A stretch of 64,000 nucleotides of DNA from an uncultured Candidatus Binatia bacterium (lineage in GTDB: Bacteria; Desulfobacterota; Binatia; UBA9968; JAJDTQ01): assembly GCA_965242525.1 (NCBI GenBank), contig OZ251459.1, forward strand, positions 96,001-160,000. The letters run 5' to 3'. The notes under the pieces were generated by a model that saw nothing but the letters and a program-made list of their open reading frames with translations, did no database searches and was not told the origin of the DNA. The position numbers and the translations under genes were made by a program. Positions 39,732 through 48,218 of the stretch are shown here, piece by piece; the stretch's first letter is position 1, and every line of letters begins with the position of its first letter.

Positions 39732-41786
39732 CTATTCCCCGATCCCCGCAAGGTCCAGGAGGAAGGCGTATTCCAGCGCCACCTCGCGGTAGCGCTTGAA
39801 GCGGCCGGACGCGCCGCCGTGCCCCGCGTCCATGTTGGTCTTGAGCAGCAGCCGGTTGCGGCCGGTCCCGGCGGCGCGCAGCTTGGCGACCCACTTGGCC
39901 GGCTCCCAGTACTGCACCTGGGAGTCGTGCAGCCCGGTGGTCACCAGCATGTGGGGGTACTCCCCGGCCTCCACGTTGTCGTAGGGGGAGTACGACAGCA
40001 TGTAGTCGTAGTACTCCTTGTCGTTGGGGTTGCCCCACTCGTCGTACTCGCCGGTGGTGAGGGGGATGTCCGGGTCGAGCATGGTGGTGACCACGTCCAC
40101 GAACGGGACCTGGGCCACCACGCCCTCGAACAAATCCGGGCGCATGTTCACCACCGCCCCCATCAACATCCCGCCGGCGCTTCCGCCCATGGCGAACAGC
40201 CGATCCGGGGCAGTGTAGCCTTGGGCGATCAGGTGCTCGGCGCAGGCGATGAAGTCGGTGAACGTGTTCTTCTTCCTGAGCAGCTTGCCGTCCTCGTACC
40301 AGGAACGCCCCAACTCCTCGCCGCCCCGGACGTGGGCGATGGCGAAGGTGAAGCCCCGGTCCAGCAGGCTCAACCGCGCCGACCCGAAGCTGGCGTCCAG
40401 GCTGTGGCCGTAGGAGCCGTAACCGTAGAGCAGCAGCGGGTTCCCGCCGGCCCGTTCCATCCCCTTGCGGCGCACCAGCGACAGGGGGACCCGGACGCCG
40501 TCCGGCGCCGTCGCGTGGAGCCGCTCCGTGCGGTAGTTCCCGGGGTCGAACCCGCCCAGCACCTCCTCCCGCTTGAGCAGGGTCTTCTCGCGGGTGGCCA
40601 TGTCGTAGTCATAGACCGAGTTCGGGGTGGTCATGGAGGTGTAGCCGTAGCGCAGCACCGTGGTGTCGAACTCGGGGTTGACGCTCACCCGCGCCAGGTA
40701 CGCGGGCTCGTCGAAGTCCAGGTAGTGGTCTTCCCCTCCGTTCCGGGCCATGACCCGGATGCGCACGAGCCCGTCGCGCCGCTCTTCCAGCACTAGGTGG
40801 TCCCTGAACACCTCGAAGCCTTCCAGCAGCACGTCCGGTCGGTGCGGGACCACCTCCCGCCAGTGCTCCTTGCCGGTCCGGTCCAGCGGCGCCGCCATCA
40901 GGCGGAAGTTCTTCGCCCGGTGGTTGGTGTGGACGAAGAAGCGGTCCTCGAAGTGTTCCACCGCGTACTCGTGGTCCCGCTCCCGGGGCAGGAAGACCGT
41001 GAACTCGCCCTCGGGGTCGTCGGCGTCGAGATAGCGGTACTCGCTGCTCAGGGTCTGGGAGGAGACGACCATCAGGTATCTCCTGGACTTGGTCTTGAAC
41101 ACGTGGGTCGAGAAGGCGTCGTCGGCCTCTTCGTAAACCAGCACGTCCTCGGCCGTGTCGGTTCCCAGCACGTGCCGGTAGATGCGGTGCGACCGCAGGG
41201 TCTCGGGGTCCTGCCGGGCGTAGAAGAGGGTTCGGTCGTCGTTGGCCCAGGTCATGTTCGCGGTGGCCTCCGGGATGACGTCCGCCAGGGTCTCGCCGGT
41301 GGCGAGGTCCTTGAACCGGATGGCGTAGATGCGCCGCCCCCGGCTGTCGGTCGCGTAGGCGAGCAGGTCCTGGCCGAAGCTCACGGCGAGGCCGCCCACG
41401 GCGAAGAACTCGTGGCCCTCGGCCAGCGCGTTCACGTCGAGCATGAGCTGCTCCGGGTTGTCGAGGGAACGGCGCTTGCGGGCGTGCAGGGGGTATTCCC
41501 TGCCCTCCTCGTAGCGGGTGTAATAATAGTAGTCGTCCCGCCTGTAGGGGACGGACATGTCGGTTTCCCTGATCCGCCCCTTGATCTCCCGGAACAGCTT
41601 CTCCTCGAGTCCCCGGACGTGCGCCAGCGTCGTCCTGGTGCGCTCGTTCTCGGCCTCCAGGTACGCCAGGGTGTCGGGGTCGTCCCGGTCCCGCAACCAG
41701 TAGTAGTCGTCGGTGCGCACGTGGCCGTGATGCTCGAGTCGGTGCGGGACCGCCTTGGCTTCCGCGGGTCTTCGGGTTTTCTCCAT
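39732..41786 (-). CDS. ptrB: Oligopeptidase B (S9A)
   Basis: DDYYWLRD, YGYGSYG, HVRGG.ELG..WYE.GK, GGSAGG, HDSQVQYWEPAKW, AGHGG.SGR. Confidence 0.95.
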   Translation of the reverse strand: MEKTRRPAEAKAVPHRLEHHGHVRTDDYYWLRDRDDPDTLAYLEAENERTRTTLAHVRGLEEKLFREIKGRIRETDMSVPYRRDDYYYYTRYEEGREYPLHARKRRSLDNPEQLMLDVNALAEGHEFFAVGGLAVSFGQDLLAYATDSRGRRIYAIRFKDLATGETLADVIPEATANMTWANDDRTLFYARQDPETLRSHRIYRHVLGTDTAEDVLVYEEADDAFSTHVFKTKSRRYLMVVSSQTLSSEYRYLDADDPEGEFTVFLPRERDHEYAVEHFEDRFFVHTNHRAKNFRLMAAPLDRTGKEHWREVVPHRPDVLLEGFEVFRDHLVLEERRDGLVRIRVMARNGGEDHYLDFDEPAYLARVSVNPEFDTTVLRYGYTSMTTPNSVYDYDMATREKTLLKREEVLGGFDPGNYRTERLHATAPDGVRVPLSLVRRKGMERAGGNPLLLYGYGSYGHSLDASFGSARLSLLDRGFTFAIAHVRGGEELGRSWYEDGKLLRKKNTFTDFIACAEHLIAQGYTAPDRLFAMGGSAGGMLMGAVVNMRPDLFEGVVAQVPFVDVVTTMLDPDIPLTTGEYDEWGNPNDKEYYDYMLSYSPYDNVEAGEYPHMLVTTGLHDSQVQYWEPAKWVAKLRAAGTGRNRLLLKTNMDAGHGGASGRFKRYREVALEYAFLLDLAGIGE

Positions 41787-41804
41787 GCGGCCACCTTACC
41801 ACAA

Positions 41805-41938
41805 AGGAACCTCCGAACAATCGGGACAGGAGGCATGAGCGCGTCCTTCGACTCCGCTTCGCTACGCTCGGGACGAACGGGGATAGGGGGTCAAGGTGGG
41901 GGAACCACCCTGGATGTCTCGATTGTTCAGAGGTTCCT
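41805..41938. mobile_element. MITE-like element, subtype B (134 bp, best-preserved copy)
   Basis: 24-bp TIRs AGGAACCTCCGAACAATCGGGACA / TGTCTCGATTGTTCAGAGGTTCCT (22/24 complementary) enclosing the REP core. Confidence 0.78.
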
Positions 41939-41941
41939 GAA

Positions 41942-41979
41942 GCCGCGGGCCCGCCACCGAAGGGGACGTGGCCCGCGGC
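41942..41979. other. Perfect 10-bp GC hairpin next to the mini-array
   Basis: GCCGCGGGCC-18 nt-GGCCCGCGGC. Confidence 0.6.
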
Positions 41980-41980
41980 G

Positions 41981-42128
41981 GGTGCGCCCGGGCAGGCATG
42001 GGAGCACGGCAGGGTCGCTGTAGGCTGCTGCGCTCGTCAGCTATGCGTTCGCAGGCGTGGAGCACGCGAAACTTGACTACGCCACGTGCGAGATCGAGAT
42101 CGGTGCGCCCGGACAGGCATGGAGCACG
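41981..42128. repeat. Regularly interspaced direct repeats (CRISPR-like mini-array, 3 repeats and 2 unique spacers)
   Basis: GGTGCGCCCGG(G/A)CAGGCATGG(G)AGCACG at 41981-42008 and 42102-42128, with a degenerate copy at 42042-42066. Period is 60-61 nt and the 33 and 35 nt spacers are unrelated. Confidence 0.6.
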
Positions 42129-42178
42129 CCGCGGACTGGGCAACGTTTGAGCGCATGGCCTCGACGTGGTATCTCTTG

Positions 42179-42377
42179 AGGAACGTCTGAACCATCGAGA
42201 CGTGGAGGGTGGATTCCCTCACCTGACCCTCCTGTCCCCGTTCGTCCTGAGCGTGGGCAGGGAGGCGTGGAAGGGTGGTCGATGGGCTGCCTCCCATCTC
42301 CGTTCGTCCTGAGCGTAGCGAAGCGGAGTCGAAGGACGCGCTCATGTCCCCCCTGTCCCGGTTGTCCAGGGTTTCCT
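42179..42377. mobile_element. MITE-like element, subtype B, inverted relative to 41805, with an internal partial duplication
   Basis: AGGAACGTCTGAACCATCGAGAC...TGTCCCGGTTGTCCAGGGTTTCCT. CCGTTCGTCCTGAGCGT occurs twice (42238 and 42300). Confidence 0.72.
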
Positions 42378-42457
42378 CGATACCGAATCGACGGCAGATG
42401 ACGGTAGATGCCGTGTGGACGGGACGGCGAGGGTCCGGCAGTCGATGACCGGTCCGT

Positions 42458-43624
42458 ATGGGAGGCGACGACTCATTGATCCAGGACGTGACAGGGGAGA
42501 GGGCGCCTGGCGGTACCCGCCTGGTTTGCTTCGTGATCCCCACCTACAACGAAGCGCTCAACATCACGCCGTTGCTGCGGCGGCTGACCGAGTTGCACCC
42601 CGGCGCGGACACCGCCTTCCTGGTGGTGGACGACGAGAGCCCGGACGGGACCGGTGGCCTGGTCCGGGAGTTCGCCGCGGCGGACGGCCGGGTCCACCTG
42701 ATCGAAGGGCCGCGGCGCGGGTTCGGGCGCGCGTGCGTGCGGGGGATGGCCCATGCCCTGGATGTCCTCGGCGCGGACGTGGTGGTGCAGATGGACGCCG
42801 ACTTCTCCCACGACCCTGCGGACGCGGCCCGGCTGCTGGCGCGCGTCGCGGACGGCGCGGACGTGGCCATCGGCAGCCGTTACGTGGACGCGGGCGCCAT
42901 CGACCCGAGTTGGCATCTGGGCAGGCGGCTGTTGTCCCGCTGGGGCAACCGCCTGACCCGGTGGATCGCCGGCGTGCGCGGGATCCGGGACTGCACCGCG
43001 GGCTTCAAGGCCGTCCGGGCGGCTGCGCTCAAGGCCGCGAAGGTGGATGAGGTCCGGGCGCGCGGCCACACGTTCCAGATCGATTTGTTGCACCGTCTGG
43101 TCCGTTCCGGCGCGCGGGTGGTCGAAGAGCCCATCTATTTCCGCGACCGCCAACACGGGCAGACCAAGCTGGGAGCCGCGAGCCTGCTGGAGTTCTTTTG
43201 CAGCGTCTGGCGGCTGCGCCTCGCCGGCCATCCGGTCTTCGTCCGGTACTGCGTGACGGCCTTGGTCGGTCTGCTGGTCAACCTTGGGTCGTTCCAACTC
43301 CTGCTGGAGCTCGGCTTGCACAAGTTCCTGGCGTCGCCCATCGCCATCGAGGTATCCATCGTCTCGAACTTCCTGATGCACAACTACTGGACCTTCGCCG
43401 ACCGGGTACTCGCCGGGCGCAAGCGCGTCCGGGGCCTGAAGTTCAACCTGGTGGCGTTGGGCGCCCTCGCCCTGAGCTACTTCACGTTCGTGGCGCTTTC
43501 GATGCTGTTTCCGCAGGTCTCGCCCGTGTGGCTGCAAGCCTGCGGCGTCCTCCCGGGAGGGGTGTTCAACTACGTCATGAATTCCTCCTGGACGTTCCGC
43601 CGCGTCGCCCGCCCGGCCGTATAG
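42458..43624 (+). CDS. Polyprenol-phosphate mannose synthase-like GT2 fused to a GtrA-like membrane domain
   Basis: IPTYNEA.NI, VDD.SPDGT, QMDADFSHDP, GSRYV, D.TAGFK, and four C-terminal TM helices with NF...WTF. Confidence 0.9.
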   Translation: MGGDDSLIQDVTGERAPGGTRLVCFVIPTYNEALNITPLLRRLTELHPGADTAFLVVDDESPDGTGGLVREFAAADGRVHLIEGPRRGFGRACVRGMAHALDVLGADVVVQMDADFSHDPADAARLLARVADGADVAIGSRYVDAGAIDPSWHLGRRLLSRWGNRLTRWIAGVRGIRDCTAGFKAVRAAALKAAKVDEVRARGHTFQIDLLHRLVRSGARVVEEPIYFRDRQHGQTKLGAASLLEFFCSVWRLRLAGHPVFVRYCVTALVGLLVNLGSFQLLLELGLHKFLASPIAIEVSIVSNFLMHNYWTFADRVLAGRKRVRGLKFNLVALGALALSYFTFVALSMLFPQVSPVWLQACGVLPGGVFNYVMNSSWTFRRVARPAV

Positions 43625-43755
43625 GAAGGGGTCCGTCCGGGCAAGCGGACCGCCGCGAGAGACAGGGAAAACGGGTCCCGGCGCGACGAGTGCGGGCGGA
43701 ACGGGTTCACGGCGCAGGCGCGGCGGCCGGTGGACGGCGGCCCCCGGAGGTTTCC

Positions 43756-44811
43756 ATGGAAGAGCAGAGCATCGAGCAGGAGAGCGCCTATGAGCGCTGG
43801 TTGAAGAGGGAAGGCCTCCCGGTGGTCCGCGATTATTACATCGAGGACATCCGCGCCGTGCGGCTGGCGCCCTGGGAACGCCGGGGCGGCTCGGGCGTCT
43901 ATCTCAACCTCATCGGCACCGGGGACATGAACGACGCCACCATCTGCGAGATCCCTCCGGGCGGGAGCCTCCACCCCGAACGCTACCTGTTCGAGGAGAT
44001 GATCTACGTGGCCAGCGGCCGCGGCGCCACCACCATCTGGCAGGAAGGAGGCCGGAAGCAGACCTTCGAGTGGCAGGAGGGAAGCCTCTTCTCCCCGCCG
44101 CTCAACACATGGAGGCAACATTTCAACGGCAGCGGCGACACCCCGGTCCGGCTGTTCTCGGTGACCAGCGCGCCGTTGGTGTTGAACCTCTTCCACAACT
44201 TCGAGTTCGTGTTCGACAACGGCTTTGCCTTCACGGACCGCTTCGACTCCCGGGACGACTATTTCTCGGGACGGGGCAAGTCCTACCGCGGCAGGGTCTG
44301 GGAGACGAACTTCGTTCCCGACGTGCGCTCCTTCGTCCTGAAGGAATGGAAGGAGCGGGGCGCCGGGGGCCGCAACATCATGTTCGAGCTATCGGACAAC
44401 ACCATGGCTTCGCACATCTCCGAGTTCCCGGTGGGCACCTACAAGAAGGCCCATCGCCACGGCCCCGGGGCCCACGTGATCATCATCGGCGGCGCCGGCT
44501 ACTCGCTCATGTGGCCGGAAGGATCGCCGATCCGGCGCTTCGACTGGCGCGAAGGGAGCGTCATCGTTCCCCCCGAGATGTGGTTCCACCAGCATTTCAA
44601 CGCCGGCGCCGCGCCCGCCCGCTACCTGGCGCTGCGCTGGGGAAGCCGCAAGCACCGGTTCCGCAAGCGCTACGGCATCGACAAGAGCGTCAAGGAAGGC
44701 GGCGACCAGATCGAGTACCGGGACGAGGACCCCGGCGTTCGGGAGATGTTCGAGCAGGCCCTCGCCGAGCAGGGCATCGAGAGCCGGATGGCCGCCGCCT
44801 ACCAATCCTGA
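43756..44811 (+). CDS. Bicupin protein
   Basis: EEMIYV.SGRG.T, PLN...QHFN, YKKAHRHGPG, WFHQHFN. GGAGG RBS before ATG 43756. Confidence 0.85.
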   Translation: MEEQSIEQESAYERWLKREGLPVVRDYYIEDIRAVRLAPWERRGGSGVYLNLIGTGDMNDATICEIPPGGSLHPERYLFEEMIYVASGRGATTIWQEGGRKQTFEWQEGSLFSPPLNTWRQHFNGSGDTPVRLFSVTSAPLVLNLFHNFEFVFDNGFAFTDRFDSRDDYFSGRGKSYRGRVWETNFVPDVRSFVLKEWKERGAGGRNIMFELSDNTMASHISEFPVGTYKKAHRHGPGAHVIIIGGAGYSLMWPEGSPIRRFDWREGSVIVPPEMWFHQHFNAGAAPARYLALRWGSRKHRFRKRYGIDKSVKEGGDQIEYRDEDPGVREMFEQALAEQGIESRMAAAYQS

Positions 44812-44828
44812 CCGCGCCGCGCGTGCGC

Positions 44829-45866
44829 TCAGGACTTGGCCTTCTTGAAGCCCGTCAGGACCTGGAGGTACTCCTTGATGGCCGGTGGCATGTTGTTGAT
44901 GGCTTTCAACGCCTTGGCGATGTCCTTGGGTGACACGTAATCGACGTTGAGGCGGGCCTTCCCGGCCTCCGCCAGGAAATCCGCATCCTCCATGACCGCC
45001 TTGAAGGCCTTCCGCAAGGCGGCCACGCGGTCCTTGGGCGTGCCCGGCGGCAGGGTATAGACGCGGGTGATCTTGTTCTGCCCGTCCCATGCCTCGAAGG
45101 CCGCGAGGTTCTCGCCCTTGAGCACGTCCGAGAAGAGCGGGATGTCCCGGACCTCGGGTTCGTCGTACCGCCGGGTGATGACGAAGGGGATGAGCTTCTT
45201 GTCCGGAGGCGCGTCCAGCATGCCCCGGGCGGTGACCCTCATGGACTCCCACGTCCAGCAGGCGCCATCCACTTCGCCCGACTCCATGGCCAACCGTACC
45301 TTTGCGGTGCCGCCGTATCCCGGGATGCTCCTGAACTTCGTCCCCAGTTCCCGGTTCAGGAACAGGAACGGGTCGGTGGTGTTCCCGGGGGCGCGGGTGC
45401 CGCCCATGGTGACCTCCTTGCCCGATTTCACCACGTCGTCCAGCGACTTGAGGCCCGAGGCCGCCATGAGGCCGCAGGCCACGGAGTCCGAGGTGGGGGT
45501 GCCGATGTACTCGTACTTGGCGGGGTCGATCCGCACCTTCCTGTCGCCCATGGCGCGGGCGAAGATCAACGCGGGACTCCAGACCCCCAGGGTCGTGCCG
45601 TCGGGTTTGGCCCGTTTGTAGATGTAGTTGGCGGTGATCAGGCTCCCGGCTCCGGGCATGTTCTGCACCACCGGGGTCGGGTTCCCGGGAACGTACTGGC
45701 TGATGTGGCGGGCGATGTAGCGGGTGTAGGTGTCGTAGCCGCCTCCCGGGGAGAAACCCACGAGCATGCGCAAGTTCCTACCCTTGTAGAAGTCCTCGGC
45801 CCCTGCCGGAGCCTGGCCCAGCGCCAGCACCAGCGCCACTGCGACGAATGCGAACCTGGGTATCAT
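44829..45866 (-). CDS. Solitary Bug/TctC-family substrate-binding protein
   Basis: Signal peptide, GFSPGGGYD.Y.R, NMPGAGS, PDGTT, GY.G, GEVDG. Confidence 0.88.
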   Translation of the reverse strand: MIPRFAFVAVALVLALGQAPAGAEDFYKGRNLRMLVGFSPGGGYDTYTRYIARHISQYVPGNPTPVVQNMPGAGSLITANYIYKRAKPDGTTLGVWSPALIFARAMGDRKVRIDPAKYEYIGTPTSDSVACGLMAASGLKSLDDVVKSGKEVTMGGTRAPGNTTDPFLFLNRELGTKFRSIPGYGGTAKVRLAMESGEVDGACWTWESMRVTARGMLDAPPDKKLIPFVITRRYDEPEVRDIPLFSDVLKGENLAAFEAWDGQNKITRVYTLPPGTPKDRVAALRKAFKAVMEDADFLAEAGKARLNVDYVSPKDIAKALKAINNMPPAIKEYLQVLTGFKKAKS

Positions 45867-45955
45867 GACGCGACCTCCTCGTCCGTTTTCGGTGTCCCCT
45901 TCCATGGGGAACGGCTACCCGTAGCAACCGGCCCGGGTCGTGTCAAGGAGACTTC

Positions 45956-46088
45956 GGGAACCCCTGATCCATCAGGGCAGGGGGCATGAGCGCGTCCTTC
46001 GACTTCGCTTCGCTACGCTCAGGACGAACGGAGACAGGGGCAGGGCGAGGGAATCCATCCTGGGTGTCTCGATTGTTCAGAGGTTCCT
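45956..46088. mobile_element. MITE-like element, subtype B
   Basis: Collinear with 41805-41938 and ends in the identical TGTCTCGATTGTTCAGAGGTTCCT. Confidence 0.75.
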
Positions 46089-46099
46089 TTGGACAACCC

Positions 46100-46271
46100 C
46101 ACCGTTCGTCCCCCTCGGCATCGACCCCGCGGGTTCCCCTGTGTCGAGGGGACTCAGGACCCCCACACCGTTCGTCCCCTCGGTATCGACCCTGCGGGTT
46201 CCTCCGTGTCGAGGAGACCCTGGACCACCACACCGTTCGTCCTGAGCGTAGCGAAGCGAAGTCGAAGGACG
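46100..46271. repeat. 2 x 65-66-nt hairpin-containing tandem units followed by a REP core
   Basis: CACCGTTCGTCC starts at 46100, 46166 and 46231. The first two units contain CCTCGG(C/T)AT...GTGTCGAGG stems. Confidence 0.82.
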
Positions 46272-46337
46272 GGTTTTCCCCAGGGAGAGCCGGTATCGTG
46301 CGGATCGGACGTCCCTCGAACGGGACCCGCGGTCCGG

Positions 46338-47210
46338 CTACGCCGGGTCCCGCGGCTGCAGGGCCTCGTTGAGGGACCCGGTGCGGTAGCCTTGCAGGTC
46401 GATGCTGACGTAGGTGAACCCGGCCTCCCGGAAACGCCGGAGGACCTCTTCGCGGACCCCGGGCCGGAGCAGCCGGTCGAACTCGTCCGGGGCCGTCTCG
46501 ATGCGCGCCAGCTCGTTGTGGTAGCGCACCCGGCATATGCGGAAACCCAGCTCCCGCAGCACCCGCTCGCATCGGTGGACCTGGGTGAGCTTCTCCGGGG
46601 TGATGGCCGTGCCGTAGGGGAAGCGGCTGGAAAGGCAGGCCAGCGCGGGCTTGTCCCACACGCTCAGCCCCATGCGCCGGGCGGCCTCGCGGATGTCGGC
46701 CTTGGTGAAGCCCAACTCGTCCAGCGGCGAGCGCACCCCGCGCTCGCGCGCGGCCTGGCGTCCGGGTCGGTGGTCGCCCCGGTCGTCCGCGTTGAAGCCG
46801 TCCAGGATGTGGGCGATGCCCAGGGACGCGGCCTCGTCGATGGCCTTGCCGTAGAGCTCGGTCTTGCAGAAGTAGCAACGGTTGGCGGGGTTGGCCGCGT
46901 ACCGGGGGTCGTCGAGCTCGGAGGTGTCCACCAGCAGGTGCCGGGCGCCGATGTTTTCCGCCAGGCGCCGGGCGTCCGCTCCCTCTTCCGGCGCCAGGCT
47001 GGGGGACACCGCGGTGAGGGCCACGGCCCCGTCTCCGAGGGCGTTCACCGCCTCGGCCAGCAGGTAGCCGGAATCGACCCCGCCGGAGAAGCAGACCACG
47101 ACCTGCTCCAGCTCCCCGAGCAGCGCCCGGAGCCCGGCCACCTTCCCGGTCAACGACGCCGCGGCCCCGCGTCCACGGCTCGGCGCGGGCGCATTTTCGG
47201 TTCCGGTCAT
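46338..47210 (-). CDS. larE: ATP-dependent sulfur transferase LarE-like
   Basis: PP-loop FSGGVDS, NRCYFCK, DG.NADD..DHRPG..A, WDKP..ACLSSRFPYG, GY.TGSLN. Start could be 47228. Confidence 0.9.
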   Translation of the reverse strand: MTGTENAPAPSRGRGAAASLTGKVAGLRALLGELEQVVVCFSGGVDSGYLLAEAVNALGDGAVALTAVSPSLAPEEGADARRLAENIGARHLLVDTSELDDPRYAANPANRCYFCKTELYGKAIDEAASLGIAHILDGFNADDRGDHRPGRQAARERGVRSPLDELGFTKADIREAARRMGLSVWDKPALACLSSRFPYGTAITPEKLTQVHRCERVLRELGFRICRVRYHNELARIETAPDEFDRLLRPGVREEVLRRFREAGFTYVSIDLQGYRTGSLNEALQPRDPA

Positions 47211-47262
47211 GCTTTCGGGTCGGTTCATGCGGTTCCGGTCCGCTCCGGCCAACGCCCGCGCG

Positions 47263-47826
47263 TCAGGGCGTGGCCCTGACCCTGGGCCGGTCCAGCAGGG
47301 AGTCGCGCCAGCGCTTCAGGTTCGGCAGGTCGTCGCCGATGGACACCTTGTAATGGTCTTCCCGGGCAAAGAACGGGATGTAGGTGATGTCCGCCAGCGA
47401 ATAGTCCCCGACGATGAATTCCTGCCCGGCCATCCGTTGGTCCAGCGTCGCCAGGTGCTGCGCCAGCCGCTTCCGGTTGTTCTCGACGTCGTGGTCGTGC
47501 AGTATGTTTCCCGCCGCGGCCTGGAGCCGGGTGTTGCAGAAGTCGATCCAGATGCGCACTTGCGAGCGCAACACCAGGTCCCTGGGCATCAGCGGCGTCC
47601 GGGGGAACTTCTCGTCCAGGTACTCGTTGATGACCGCGGACTCGTAGATCACCGCGTCCCCGTCCACCAGCACCGGCACCTTGGCGTAGGGGTTGAGCCT
47701 CAGGAGCTCCTCGGGCTTGTCGCGGAGGTCGCACTCCACGAGCTCGTAGGGGATGTCTTTCTCTGCCAGGACAAGCCTTGTCCTGTGGGCGTACGGTCAG
47801 GGACCGTACGACAGCAATCGCAACAT
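47263..47826 (-). CDS. Glutathione S-transferase (omega/SspA-like), probable selenoprotein with UGA at codon 10
   Basis: GGAGG then ATG 47826: MLRLLSYGP*PYAHRTRLVLAEKDIPYELVECDLRDKPEELLRLNPYAKVPVL...IYESAVINEYLDE...YSLADI. TGA at 47799-47797 aligns with the Cys of CPYA. Confidence 0.85.
47767..47785 (-). promoter_or_regulatory. Candidate bacterial SECIS element
   Basis: mRNA hairpin CAGGACAA-GGC-UUGUCCUG starting 11 nt after the in-frame UGA, with G in the apical loop. Confidence 0.7.
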
Positions 47827-47863
47827 GTCGTCCTCCCGTGTCGGTGGTTTCCCAATGCCTTCC

Positions 47864-47998
47864 GGAAACTCCGGACCCTTCCGGCTCGAACCCCGTCTCC
47901 CTGTGGGAAAGCGCGTCCTTCGACTTCGCTTCGCTCAGGACGAACGGGGATGCTTCGCTACGCTCGGGACGAACGGGGATAACTGTCCAGGCTTCCCT
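47864..47998. mobile_element. MITE-like element, subtype A (reverse orientation), with a duplicated core end
   Basis: Reverse-complement homology to 12974-13082. GCTC(A/G)GGACGAACGGGGAT occurs twice. Confidence 0.68.
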
Positions 47999-48135
47999 TG
48001 TCCAGAGCTTCCCTCTTCCCCTTTCTATACCGGCAGGCGCGCTCCGGCAACCCGCAGCGCTGCCCCGGATCCGCGGCCCGACCCGCCCCCGACCCGGAAA
48101 CGCGCCGCGGCGCGGCCCGGCCGCCCCGCGGATAG

Positions 48136-48164
48136 TTGACGTTCCGCGGCCCGTGTACTAGGCT
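48136..48164 (+). promoter_or_regulatory. Sigma70-like promoter of the nuo operon
   Basis: TTGACG, 17-nt spacer, TAGGCT, ending 54 nt before the nuoA ATG. Confidence 0.55.
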
Positions 48165-48218
48165 TGGGGGCCGGTTCGGGCATGACTTTCCTCGCAAGGC
48201 CGTGCGCGGCGACAGCTC

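Noticed and set aside
46100-46271. 65-66-nt period repeats as a CRISPR array
   Set aside because: Whole units are duplicated with no unique spacers and derive from REP/MITE parts.
45986-46372. ORFs containing MSASFDFASLRSGRT or VLRLRFATLRTNG
   Set aside because: These are translations of the REP core recurring at each element, not genes.
47263-47826. GST as a nonsense pseudogene or a 158-aa truncated ORF
   Set aside because: The only lesion is a TGA exactly at the catalytic Cys position, with an intact RBS and a correctly spaced hairpin, which fits Sec recoding better.
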